Numbered from the whole stretch's first letter, positions 1 through 12,378 are shown. The stretch is 62,785 nucleotides of DNA, filler included, from Octopus bimaculoides (GCF_001194135.2; 3 parts of 3 records of this genome joined end to end with filler, not necessarily neighbours in it), one strand, 5' to 3'. The notes: generated by a model not told the origin, from the sequence alone. Translations and numbers: made by a program.

Positions 1-481
1 ATATATATATATATATATAAATTTCAAAAGTGTCAAATGTGGATTCGTCCTTTAATTGGAGTAATTTCCAAAAGATTTCAAGCATTGATTCTTCATTCTC
101 TACTTTGAATTTACTTGTGTAAGTCGGCATAAATATGAAAGGTTATATAAGTATATTAAGCATATGATTTAAGTTATAGTACGAAGTTCGACAAATTCAT
201 TCATATTTTGGGTAAATGGAGGAGATTAGATCTTAAGATAGAATAAAATATTTTTTATTCCTTTCGTAATATGATCGTTTCTTACAGAGAGACAATAAAT
301 TCATTTTAAGAATCTCAGTTGTCAAAGAAAAAAATATGATAAAATCTAAATAAACAAAAAGGGGACTTTAGAAATACATGGGTATGATCTTTTGACTAAT
401 TTTTGTAATGTGTAATTTTTCTTAGGGCCATATCTATTTAAAACACGACTATATAGATGCTGTTTGATGATATCCATCTTC

Positions 482-1180
482 AATTTCCACATCAGTGGCA
501 AACAAGATATTGATCGGAAGTTTCCAACCGCATTCCCTTTACTTGTGTCCTTCTCGCATAGTACCGTTCTTCCTTTTGTCATCCAGGCCGGTACTTGGAT
601 GTCACTACTCAGTATTTCGTCCATCTGTCTCGCAATTCTGTGCAGAGCTGTCAAGTTTTAAGCCAAAAGCCCTGAACCCCATCTGGGCCAGCCACTTTCC
701 AGTTAGGACTTTTTCTGCACTGATCTCTAATCATCTCCTCGGTTATTCTCAAATTCTCCTGCTGATACTCTCCACTCTCCTCTTTGAGTGTCTTTAACCA
801 CTCTGCTTAAATTTTGTGTTGATTCTCCGTATACTATATGTTTGACCACAATCTTTTGCTTTCTTCGGCATTCGGCACGCCTTTTTCACCTTTTTCTTTC
901 CCATCCAGTTCCTGATAGACTCGTTTCTGATTTTGTTCGAAAAGTCTGTTTAATCTGCACTGCTGCTCAGTTATTTGTTCATATCTCTTCAGTTTATGTG
1001 TTCTAGCTTTCAACCTCTGTTTTAATTCCTCAATCACAACATTGATTCCCTTTCTCTTCACCCTATACTTCCTCTCTAGATCAAAATATTTCTCTCACTG
1101 AACTTCATTTCTTTTTTTCTGTTCCAGAATATTAATATTCTTTCTGGTCTCGTTAATAGACTGCGTTATTCTCCAAAGCT
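482..1180 (-). mobile_element. R4/Dong-clade non-LTR retrotransposon fragment (pre-RT region and start of RT), frameshifted
   Basis: The minus strand translates to ...KYRVKRKGINVVIEELKQRLKARTHKLKRYEQ...NRLFEQNQKRVYQELD...ESKRLWSNI and ...WMTKGRTVLCEKDTSKGNAVGNFRSISCLPLMWKL. These are typical R4/Dong ORF motifs. Confidence 0.85.
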
Positions 1181-1510
1181 AGACAGAAAAACTAGGGAGG
1201 AATTCAATATGAATGGATGACTCCGCCCAAGAGCAGGAGTAGCAAGATTATACTTACCTAGAAAGGAAAGTGGAAGAGGGTTAGTATCTGGAGAAGACTG
1301 CGAGGAGTTAGCTACAGTAGATATAGACTTGTATGAAGTTTATTAAAAGCTGCTAGAATCACAGCAAGAAATAAAGAAACCGAAAACTCAAACGAAGTTA
1401 AAAATCAGAAAAAAGAATAGAAATTATCTGACCGGCAGGAGAAGGTGTTTTATGACAGATTACCAAAGATAGTTGCAGCAAAGAGTACTAGTGAGACATG
1501 GCTAATCAAA
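1181..1510 (+). mobile_element. R4/Dong-clade fragment, post-RT region, in opposite orientation to 482-1180
   Basis: The plus strand translates to LDRKTREEFNMNG*LRPRAGVARLYLPRKESGRGLVSGEDC...EKVFYDRLPK...SETWL, matching the R4 'DRKTR...RLYLPRKxGGRGL' motif. In-frame stops are present. Confidence 0.8.
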
Positions 1511-1540
1511 AATAACATATATAAAATAATACCATTGGGT

Positions 1541-1754
1541 GAAAGACGGTGGGCTGGCAGAAACGTTAGCGTTTCTGCCAGCCCGCCGTCTTTCATTAGT
1601 ATTTATATTCTGAGTTCAAATTCCGCCGCAGTCCACTTTGCCTTTCATCCTTTTGGGGTCGATAAATTAAGTACCAGTTGCGTACTGGGGTCGGTCTAAT
1701 CGACTGGCCTCTACCTCCCCCAAAATTTCAAGCCTCGTGCATAGAGTAGAAAAG
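1541..1754 (+). mobile_element. tRNA-derived SINE, family C (tail type 1), with 13-bp TSD
   Basis: Head gctggcagaaacgttagc, B-box-like gagttcaaattcc, tail ...gtgcatagagtagaaaag. TSD aataccattgggt at 1528-1540 and 1755-1767. Confidence 0.85.
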
Positions 1755-2652
1755 AATACCATTGGGTAATACGTAAATATTACATTGAGCCCGTTCAAGA
1801 CAATATAAAACAAATAAATCAAAACTCTGTACTCAGGCACAAACAGCTGCATTCCATTGGGTAGAGAGAGCATATTCGGAATTAAATTAAGATTACTGAA
1901 AAATAAAATACCAGAGTAAGGAAAGAGGATGAAATTAGAACGAGAATTAGCAACGTTGTCTATGAAAAATATCAATTTCCATACATTATGAAGAAAAGCA
2001 AAACATTTTTACGAAAATATTTATCAGATAAGGGTTATCATTTTTATCCGAATTTTATTGCTTTTTGCCTTAATTTAAGTTTTGTATTGATCGCAATCTC
2101 ACTAATAGCTGACTAGCCACCACGTGTAAATTCATCAACGGAAGGAAAATAAAATCGAAGCAACACCAGATAAATTCTGCCTAAAACTCGTGACAAGCAT
2201 TGAAAATAGCATCTGTATTATTCAACCTAAGGTGAAAAGAATGCGTATTTTGCATTTGAAGCAGAAAAAAATACCAAGAAATAACGTTATTACATTCCTC
2301 AACACCAGAGGTAATTCAGCTGATATCGCAATTTAAAAAATCTTAATCTCAATAACAGACCAAAATTTAGTCAAAAATCCCGAAAATAGAAATAAAAAAC
2401 AGAAATATACCTGACAGGTATATATTTCCATAGTAAATGCATAATTTATAAATACACTTACCATCAACATGTGATAAGTACAACGTAAAACTATATCTTT
2501 AGAAAACCGTCTGGTCAGGAAGTTAAATTTTGGATCACAAATATAAACCAATTAAAGAAGAAACATACTTAAATCTCATTTGACGCGTAGTTGCAGTTTC
2601 GCTTACATTGAAAATGTCTTGGTAACACACATAATCTCACACTCACATAAAG

Positions 2653-2700
<48 letters not shown>

Positions 2701-3295
2701 AGGTTATGGTAGATGAGCTAAGCAAAAATTTAGATTCNNNNNNNNNNNNNNNNNNNNNNNNNNNNNNNNNNNNNNNNNNNNNNNNNNNNNNNNNNNNNNN
2801 NNNNNNNNNNNNNNNNNNNNNNNNNNNNNNNNNNNNNNNNNNNNNNNNNNNNNNNNNNNNNNNNNNNNNNNNNNNNNNNNNNNNNNNNNNNNNNNNNNNN
2901 NNNNNNNNNNNNNNNNNNNNNNNNNNNNNNNNNNNNNNNNNNNNNNNNNNNNNNNNNNNNNNNNNNNNNNNNNNNNNNNNNNNNNNNNNNNNNNNNNNNN
3001 NNNNNNNNNNNNNNNNNNNNNNNNNNNNNNNNNNNNNNNNNNNNNNNNNNNNNNNNNNNNNNNNNNNNNNNNNNNNNNNNNNNNNNNNNNNNNNNNNNNN
3101 NNNNNNNNNNNNNNNNNNNNNNNNNNNNNNNNNNNNNNNNNNNNNNNNNNNNNNNNNNNNNNNNNNNNNNNNNNNNNNNNNNNNNNNNNNNNNNNNNNNN
3201 NNNNNNNNNNNNNNNNNNNNNNNNNNNNNNNNNNNNNNNNNNNNNNNNNNNNNNNNNNNNNNNNNNNNNNNNNNNNNNNNNNNNNNNNNNNNNNN

Positions 3296-3324
<29 letters not shown>

Positions 3325-3326
<2 letters not shown>

Positions 3327-4064
3327 TAATCTATACATGCAAAGAATTTCAGGGATGTCTTGCTAGAGTACCGAATACTACGTTTTTAACCGTGAGAGAA
3401 CCTGTCATATAGGCCCTTGGTGCATAAAGCAAATACATATAAATGTAGGAGACAAGAATCGTTTGTGATAGGCAGCGGAACTCTTATATCATGCGATTTC
3501 AATCTTCTGAAAATCATCAGTGTGAGTCAAATCTCACTGCTACGATACATAGAATATGAATATCTCTTCAGACACTGGTATCACAAAAGCCAGTAGACTT
3601 ATTAAAAATTAGCTATTGGTGACGGAAGCAGTATAAATAGCAACAGATAGTCTTTATATCCAACTTAACCTGAATGACTTGTTAGAACACCGAATACTGC
3701 GCTATTAGCGTTGGGCGATTATCGTTTACTATCAATATTGCTTCCGTCACTAATAATAAAATTTTAATAAGCCTACTGGTTATTTACGATATCAGTGTCT
3801 GAAAAAATGCTCATATTCTATGTATCGTAGCAGTGAAATTTGACTGGTGTGCGGGGACCAAACCCATCCCACTGATGGTTTTCAGAAGAATGATGTCACG
3901 TGTTATGGGAGTTGCAGCACTCATGACAGATGAGTTTCGTCTCCTGCGGTCTAAGTGTGTGCTTTTATGCTACAAGCACCAATATGAAAAGATTTTTCAA
4001 GGTTAATAACACAATATTCGCTATTCTAACAAGATATTAATTTAAACTGTATATGAACATTACC
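3325..4064. mobile_element. Foldback/MITE-like element with about 320-bp imperfect inverted arms
   Basis: Termini GGTAAT...ATTACC. 3325-3648 aligns to the reverse complement of 3721-4064 (e.g. agtcaaatctcactgctacgatacatagaatatga vs agtcaaatttcactgctacgatacatagaatatga), about 70-80% identity by eye, with a spacer of about 72 bp. Confidence 0.8.
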
Positions 4065-4255
4065 TTTTGGTATTAAAACTTGTTTAATCGCTAATAGTTA
4101 ATATATAAATACATACACACGCACACATCCGCCCACGTACATACATACACGCTTGCATCAGCTAAATTCATTAATGCAACAAGCGCCAACGTTCAAATAA
4201 AATCGAAGTAAGCATGACCCATTCTGTAGTACCGAAACGAATGAAGAAATAATTG

Positions 4256-4413
4256 CAGGAGTGGCTGTGTGGTAAGTAGCTTGCCTACCAACCACATGGT
4301 TCTGGGTTCAGTCTCACTGCGTGGCACCTTGGGAAAGTGTCTTCTACTATAGCCTCGGGCCGACCAAAGACTTGTGAGTGGATTTGGTATACGGAAACTG
4401 AAAGAAGCCAGTC

Positions 4414-4493
<80 letters not shown>

Positions 4494-4740
4494 ATGTGTG
4501 TGTTTGTGTGTGTGTGTGTATGTGTGTGTGTGTATCTATGTTTGTCCCCCCAACTTCGCTTGACAACCGATGCTGGTGTGTTTACGTCCCCGTAACTTAG
4601 TGGTTCGGCAAAAAGAGACTGATAGCATAAGTACTAGGCTTACAAAGAATAAGTCCTGGGGTCGCTGTGCTCGACTAAAGGCGGTGCCCCAGCATGGCCA
4701 CGGTCAAATAACTGAAACAAGTAAAAGAGTAAAAGAGTAA
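4256..4740 (+). mobile_element. tRNA-derived SINE, family A (head + internal (TA)n/(TG)n + tail)
   Basis: Head ggagtggctgtgtggtaag...ggttcagtc, body ...ggaaactgaaagaagcc, internal microsatellite, tail ...cagcatggcc...actgaaacaagtaaaagagtaaaagag. Many homologous copies lie in the window. Confidence 0.9.
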
Positions 4741-5959
4741 CAAAGAAGTACGTAACTTTAAAATGCGTCTTGTTCAAGAAGCTCACGCTAATCCTTTATG
4801 TATTAAAACTTAGAACACATCATTCAACAATAAAATGTTACCACATATAACAAATTTAAACCGACTTCATCTAGAACTCTGTTAACACATAACAACACCA
4901 ACAGCAAAAACAAAAAAAAGGAAAAGAATTAGAATATACTGAGATGAGGATCTTTATACAGCCATCGGAAAGTTACGAACGAGAATAGTAAAAGCGACCG
5001 ATAGAATAGTCGGAGAAAATAATAACGCAAATATCTGTCCAGACAATAAAAAATATAAGCAATTGGAAATCCTCCAGAAGTTGCAAAGTTCTTAACTTTT
5101 GGCTGAAATATTTATCAAGTATCCAGAAAGTACTTCTAAAAGTATTCATCAATCTACTGAAAGAGCCAAAAATAACACTGGCATGACGCATCAAATATAA
5201 ACAAAACAACAAAAATACTTATTTCAATTCCGAAGAGTGACCAAGCATCGAACTCTAAATGGTACAGACTCCGTAAAAAAATGTTTCAAGTGCAATATCA
5301 CTGATTCGGACTTAGGCACACAGCCATCATATTTGTGTTGTGGGGAAATGGAGACCATTATTAATTCGGCTCTCAGAATTTGATACGATGGAAAGCGAAG
5401 CTGTATTTCGAAATAATTAGATTTGAGAATGTAAAGGGATAATACCAGATGTTTTTCTGCGTTTCTCATTTTCACTACCCTTAAAAACTTTCAAATGGGA
5501 AGGAGGCTCCCACAAAAGTTCCCTTATAAGAGAATGCATAAATGCATTAAAGAATGCAGTTATTACTAGAGTAATGTTTCCGAGAGTCTTATCTTGTCGA
5601 TATATTAATGATGAAAATGTTAGTCAGTTACACAAAGTAAGTTTTGTCTGAATGGAAAGCAGTTGTCAAAATTTAGGCAAAAAAAAGAAAAGAAAAACAA
5701 TTATAAGAGAAAAACAATAAGTTGCAGAGAAATAAAATGGTGGGACTCCTCATTTCGGTTTCTTTTTTGTTTAGTACCATCAGTTTTAGCCAACACAATA
5801 TTCGGACAAAGTGCAGATATAAACTAAGAGAGTAGATTTTGACCATTTATCAGTTATGAATAGTTTGATGCTGTATCCAGCACAAGAAAAGCACTATAAA
5901 TCTCGTTGAGCCGAGTATAATTGGAACCAGTCATTAATTTGTCTAGGAATTCGTCAGAT

Positions 5960-6100
5960 TTAATATTGGTTTCAAATTTTGGTACTAAGGTCATTGCACA
6001 ACTAGTTCATATTTTATCAAACTCGAAAGGAGGAAAGGCAGAGTCAACCTCGGCGGAATTTGAACTCAGAATGTAAAGGAAGACAAAATACCACGAAGCC
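5960..6100 (-). mobile_element. SINE family C, partial
   Basis: The reverse complement contains ttctgagttcaaattccgccgaggttgac and the tail ...ccaaaatttgaaaccaatatta. Confidence 0.75.
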
Positions 6101-6959
6101 AAGTCTTCACCTAGCAGGTTTAATATCGACGTTTTACATGAAAGAGTAAAGATAAAGCATCAACAACGACTGGGTTACACTAGAGTATAAATACGTACAA
6201 ATGACTACAAACTTAAGACGAGAAAAATAAGTTAGGAAAACATTTGGTTATTACTGAAACTAAATTAAATACTAATGATAAGATAACCCTCTGAACACTT
6301 ACTTTTCGAATACTAATTACTTATAATCTCCGCTGTATGTTATGGGAATTAACAAAACTAGATACGAAATAAAGACTGCTTCGTTTCTATGGAATTTTTC
6401 CTAATTCTTTTTTCTTTACATTTCTTTCCATCTTGTGTCCCTTTCTTTATGATTTACCTTGATTCTACTTTTTCGACTTATTTATATCCTTTCTATGGTA
6501 TCGTTTATCTTCTTAGTATCCAACTTTACCATCAGAATACACAGTGGTCTTGCTTTTTATCAACTCCTTTCTCCGAACGGTGCAATAAAGATCTTGCCAT
6601 CCGGCAACGTAAATGCGTTGGTATCATTAATGCTTCCCAAAATAATGTTAAAAATCGCAATACATACTTTCGATGAGTTTTGTTCAACCTCGTTTCAAAC
6701 AACTCTCCTCAAATCAACAGACGCATTATTAAATGGCGGCAAGTTGACAGAATCCTTAGGGCATCGTACAAAATGCTAATCAACATTTCTTTCAGATATT
6801 TACGTTATTAGTTCAAATTCTGCAGCGGTCAACTTTACCTTCCAACGTTTATGGGTCAAAATAATAACGCACCAGCGAAATACTAGGGTTGATGTAATCG
6901 ACTAGCCCTTCCTCTAAAGTTGCTGACCTTCTACTAAAATTATAAAATCAATTTTATGA

Positions 6960-8930
6960 TCATCATTTTTCATTTACTCTGCATGTTTGATGCAATCACA
7001 GGTCGGAAGACACCCAGCACCGTAGAGTAAGTGAAAGATAAGATATGTTGAAATATAACTGAAAGGAAGGAAAGTGAGGATGGCAGTACAAACATACATT
7101 CACATAATACAGTACAAACATTTAAATTGATAGGGATTTTCTGAGGAGGCGGGCAGTATTTGTCAGCACAATTTTCTTGTTTCTGTGAGATATGTTTCTC
7201 CTGGAATGTTCTCTAAATGTTTCTGATATCTCTTTTTATGATGCCTCGGGTACCTACAACAACAGAAACAGTTCTTCCTTTAAGATGCTACATCACTTGT
7301 ATTTCAATTTCCAGGGACTTATATTTACTAAGCGTGTCAAAACCTTTACAGACATATTTACTGATATATTTTTATCACTTACATCTACAAGTCTACAAGT
7401 ATTTCCTTCTCTGTCTTTAACAATTATGTCTGGTTTATTAGCATGGATTATTCTGTCAGTGTTGACTAGAACGTGTTTCCTCGGGATGGTGACATTTTTA
7501 CCTTCAACGACTGGCTTAGGTTTTGTGTTCATTCCAGTTAGCAAGTGTATCGATTTTCTAGTGCTTACATATATCTGAACGAATGTGTGCAGCACGGTAT
7601 ACTTCCTCTGTGCGGATCTTGGATGCAATTGCTTGACGTTACTTCCGTGCCTGAGGAACTTCAACGTGAGATGCTTTCGTTTGTAATATTCAAAAATTTG
7701 TGAAAATTATCGATAGTCCTTTGGATGAAAGTCGTCCAGAAATGACAAGTCAGTTGATTCTCGTTGCCACGTGTTTTCGTGGAGAAATTCGTCACTGTCT
7801 GTTGAAGTTCCAGCAGCCGTTATTGTCGAGTGTTAGAGAGGTATGCATCAGTATTTCAGACGCAAGGTGCGCAGACTCGTTCGTCTTTTAGAATCACGTC
7901 TACAATACCATCTGAAATACGAGCTCCAGTGATGTTCTTCAGACAGACCCAGTGATTTGTTTTCAGACGGACCTTGTGATTTGTGACGCTCTAGCAAAAA
8001 GAACTTAAAAATTAGACTTCCCCAATTAGTCTGAGGTAAAATGTGTCCAGTTGCACCGGTTAACTTTGAAAGACTACATATACTTTTGTTATTTCTAACT
8101 GATATTTCAGGCGTAGTCTTCTCGCAAATCATTTTTTACTGAGATTTGAAACATGTTTGTAAATTTGGCCCGATTCCCACCCACAATTATAAGAATATTT
8201 GTTTTGTTAACCCTCGGTGATATTTGGTATTTTTAGGAGGAGTACGTCAAGACTTCTTTACCACGTATGTTGACTCGTGTGGTTTGAAGCACTCTATCAA
8301 CCCACAGTGAGTTCTTCATTTGACAGCAAAACTGCAGAGTGACGGTTACTGGAAGCTTAGTGTTACTGTTGTTTGTTTAGTTTGTCATTATTTCCAGTGT
8401 ATATTTTATATATCTATTTCTCTCTTGTTGTTCTTGTATCATCTTAACAGTGTTGCATTGGTTCAACGCGTAGCTGATGTTTTTTTAATGACTGGTTTAT
8501 TTATGTTACTTTTTCATGCGATAACTGATGTGTTTTGTGGTTTTCATGGTTTTGGTTTTATTTGTGGTTATGATTTTAGTTCCGTCTTGAATGCATTATC
8601 ATTCTCTTTGTGCTCTTAAATTCAGTTCTTCCAGCAGAACTACGCTGCTGCTGGTTCTTGCTGTAGATGCCATTGCTGTGTTTTATGTGATGATGATTGG
8701 ATTACTAACGCCTTTTCTAAGGCTTACTCAAGTTATCTGAACTTTTGAGATACTCGATTGCCGCTGGTCCTTTTTTCTCTTCGCGACTGATACAACATTT
8801 TGTTTTCATAGCCTCATCCTCGTTATTTTACGGTGAAAAAAAATACATTGTATGTAAAGAAAGATTTGACATGCCCTTGTAAGTGAATGTGCCAATAATG
8901 TTTGTGTTTTTCGTGCCTACTTACCTAGCA
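6960..8930 (-). mobile_element. R4/Dong-type element lacking the RT domain (N-terminal region joined to the RLE endonuclease end), degenerate
   Basis: The minus strand gives the RLE end ...NWNEHKPKPVVEGKNVTI...TDRIIHANKPDIIVKDREGNTC...LSKYKSLEIEI...VVVGTRGII...NIPG...TARLLRKSLSI*. Upstream there is only decayed N-terminal similarity (DQR, LRSEIS-like, VPQ) and no RT motifs. Confidence 0.7.
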
Positions 8931-10789
8931 GACCCCACTTAACTTGTTCGTTAAACATGTCACATTAAGATATCTGTGGAGTAAACAAGGACTTTTAGCT
9001 ACAAGTAAACGGATTTCTAACTGAAAATCTTAACTCCATCTAGAACTTAATTATGTCGAATGCAGACAAAAAATTACAGACTTTGTAATCGATTTTTTGT
9101 TGTTGTTGCAGACTTCACTGATTATGTTACTTTCTGTTTGTAGTTGCTCCAATCTTGCACTTCATCTCTACCTTGCCTTTGGTCTAAGAACCAGATTTTG
9201 TGAATCTGTAAATCGATATAAATTTATCTTCTCATTACTCCTAACACTTTTCCAACCGCTCTCATTTGTCTTCACTTTCTCAGTTTATTGTATATGAATG
9301 TTTCTGGCTTTGTTGTTACTGTTGTTGCTGTTACTGTCTATAGGGCTTTAGAGATGTAATAAGAGAAATGGGACAAAAATCTTTGTATTATATCTACTGA
9401 CGTTCAAATATCACTTGACCTTTATCTCTCGGCTGGCGTGGTGATCATCAAAATATCCTTGGCTATTTTTGCTTAGACATATGATCTTTGTTCCAGTAGC
9501 CCTGAGGTCAAATAAACAGTATCCAATTCCATCTATCACAATAACATTTTCCTCACGTGCAGTGTACTTAGGATCACATCACCCGACATATTTTCGGAGA
9601 TGGTAGGTTGTGATTTTAGACGGACTTAACTGCTTTTTTATGCAGAGTGAGCAACCACGAACAAATAAAAGGCCTTTAACTTTAATCCAATTAATAAAAC
9701 TCGTGTCTTTCAGTGTTTGTTTTATTTGTGTAATTGGTATTTTCTTCTCAGATTCTTGCAAACGATTTCTCTTAATATACATCAAATCTACTTTAATCGC
9801 AATCAAACCTCCATTATTTATGTTTTTATTTTTACTTCTACATGCATGTACAAAAATATTTGCCGATAAAAAAATAATCCGAATTATTATGCACTATATC
9901 TAATTCCAAGTAATACCATTTTGGAAGTTTCCAAAAATGCATATAATTTAATATTCATTTAAATTGTCAAAGTGAAAATATCATCTTAGTGTTGTGTCTG
10001 TAGTCATGATGGTATCAACATTTTCAGGACTGAAGGCAAATAAATAATACTATTTATTGATTTTGCGAAGAATTATTTATATTTAACTGTTTGAAACTGC
10101 TAGAAGGTCTATTATATCTTAAAGTTACTTTCCATTTTGAATATTATCGGTAATCTTATTAATATTAAACCGAGGAAAAGTTAGAATAAAAATAAGATTA
10201 TTTGCTTTTATTGATATGCATGAATATCTGTGTAGTCAAACGATCTTGCTTGCATCGTAACGTAGGTTTCCGTTATGCGCATGGGAAACGAATTTCATTT
10301 CAGCCTGATATGAGACACTGATTATTAGCCTCCAGGAAACATCACTAATACATACATACACGCATACATAAATACATACAAACGCGCATACATATATGTT
10401 AGCGTGTCTGTGTATAATTATTTAGTGATATATAATACGTGTGCATGTGTGTGAATACGATTATGCACACAACACGCACACGTATATGTGTGGGTGTTTG
10501 TGTATTATCTTTACAACGTAGTTTTTAGAAGTAAAGAAACTTGCTTTTGAATATTTACTTCACTAAAAGAACTTGTACATTTGCATTATACGATTCTATC
10601 AAACATTGCATTGACAGTAATAATAGTCGGATCGATTCGTATGCACAGTCTGTGGATATCTTCTAGTAGCAAAAGGCATGGATAACAATAGTAAAATGGA
10701 GACCAGATTTCTGTTAAAAAGTCACGCTAAGTTGTCTAAGCGTTTGTCCCCTTCAAAGGCCAGACTATTGGACTAGGGAGATTTCGTTC

Positions 10790-10945
10790 AACTTAACGTT
10801 CAGGTTTCAGTTCCGCCGAGGTCGACTGTGCCTTTTATTTTTTACGGAACGATAAAATGAGTACCAGTCGAATACGGGATCGATGAAATCAACTTATCCA
10901 CACCCTGAAATTTCTGGCCTTGTACTCAAATTTAAAGCTGATATT
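10790..10945 (+). mobile_element. SINE family C, partial
   Basis: ttccgccgaggtcgactgtgcctttt...gtaccagt...ctggccttgtactcaaattt. Confidence 0.7.
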
Positions 10946-11099
10946 TGAGCTGTCTCAAAGACTGACGTCTAATCGGATTTTATCGTTGCTTAATTCGGTA
11001 GAAGATTGGTATACGGTCTAAGACAAAAACTGACACTGAGGTACGTATGTGGTTTGTGAAACTCATCTGTTTTACAATTCTATAAAAAAAAAATTTAGA

Positions 11100-11690
11100 T
11101 AAACTTAGATATGTTTCGACCAAAGATTGGTCCAGGCCATGTGTAATTTAATAGCACCACCTGATAGGATTATCTAAATCCTCTTTTACAGTCAAGTTTT
11201 GTTTATCGTCTATTCAAGTAGTGAGTTCTTATTGAGTGAGTTGTATCCAGGTATGGGGTATGGGTGGCTTGTCTGGTATTCCTTGAAGAAAATTGTCCAG
11301 ACTCCGTTTAAAGCTGATAGGATCCATTTCCTCTTTTATCTGTTTCGGGACAATGTTAAACAGGGCAGGGCCTGTTGAGGAAAATAAATTATGCCGCAGT
11401 GTACCTTATATGTCGTGATCCTGAATTGGACAGGGGCCGTATGGCTCGTGGTCCCAGCCTTAGATGAACCTTGAAACTAATGCTCAGGTCGTTTGGGCAA
11501 TGCTGGTGGTATATTTTCCACACCGTACAAATGATGTACCGCTCGCAGCGGCGCTGGAGGGAGTAGAGCTTCAAGGCTTTAAGGCGGTCCCAGTAATCAA
11601 GATCAGTCATGCCTTCAATTCGTTTAGTGAGTGCCCTGTGGGGTGATTCAATCCTATAGGATTGTAAAACAGATGAGTATTAATTTTTCC
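11100..11690 (-). mobile_element. CR1-group LINE 3' end (RT C-terminus + 3' UTR)
   Basis: The minus strand gives ESPHRALTKRIEGMTDLDYWDRLKALKLYSLQRRCERYIICTVWKI...GPALFN...FKRSLDNFLQGIPDKP, the 'YxxRLxxLxLYSLxRRR' motif of CR1/L2-group ORF2. Confidence 0.8.
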
Positions 11691-12334
11691 TAGTGTTTAG
11701 TCCCGAGTAAAAGCCTGATCTTGAAAACCTATTTTCAGTCTTGGTCATCGCTTCCATTTTATACAATCACGCAAAGTACGATGTCCAAGAGCAACTACCG
11801 TGGGCTCCTCTGTCAGAAGCTATCAATCAGAGTAAAACTATAGAGCACGGAGGGGGACGGTTTTCCTCCCTAAGCATAGCGATTCCTCTGGAGGCCGTAC
11901 CTGAGTCAAGAATGTGAAGCCGATTCTCGATCTACTCACAAATTCCTCGAACCAGGTTTTCCTTGTGAGACATCAGTGTCCTGACTACACCACATCTAGA
12001 CCCCAGGAGGAAATCACCAAAGGCTCCACCCATTTTCGCTCAGCTGTTGCACTCCACCACTGAAAGGGTTTCCCTGCAGGGGAAACGTTTCCTAGGACAC
12101 TTTTTGGAACTAATACTCACTTAGCAGTCGACAGCAGGGTGCACATGCGGTATGTAGAAACATATATAGCAAATTCCATCCACAAATCATTTTCATTATT
12201 ACTATATTTATCCAACGTAGTAGGGAGGTCCGCATACATAGTTATCTCATAGGATTACTCAGGAAAATGAGAATAACTGCCGGTAGCCGACAAGTAGCAC
12301 AGGAGATTTTCCGAGCGCATTTTTATATGTAAAA

Positions 12335-12378
<44 letters not shown>

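Noticed and set aside
3490-3520. CTGATGA...GAAA on the minus strand
   Set aside because: No valid stem II or helix III. It is part of the foldback arm.
6560-6700. Minus-strand peptide NDTNAFTLPDGKIFI resembling the M48/OMA1 'NAFxLPxG' motif
   Set aside because: The frame is short and bounded by stops, with no HExxH motif and no fitting splice sites. Likely chance.
11100-11145. Minus-strand gacca-atctt-tggtc-GAAAC hairpin that looks like a hammerhead 3' half
   Set aside because: No CUGANGA core upstream. It is better explained as the 3'-UTR stem-loop of the CR1-group LINE.
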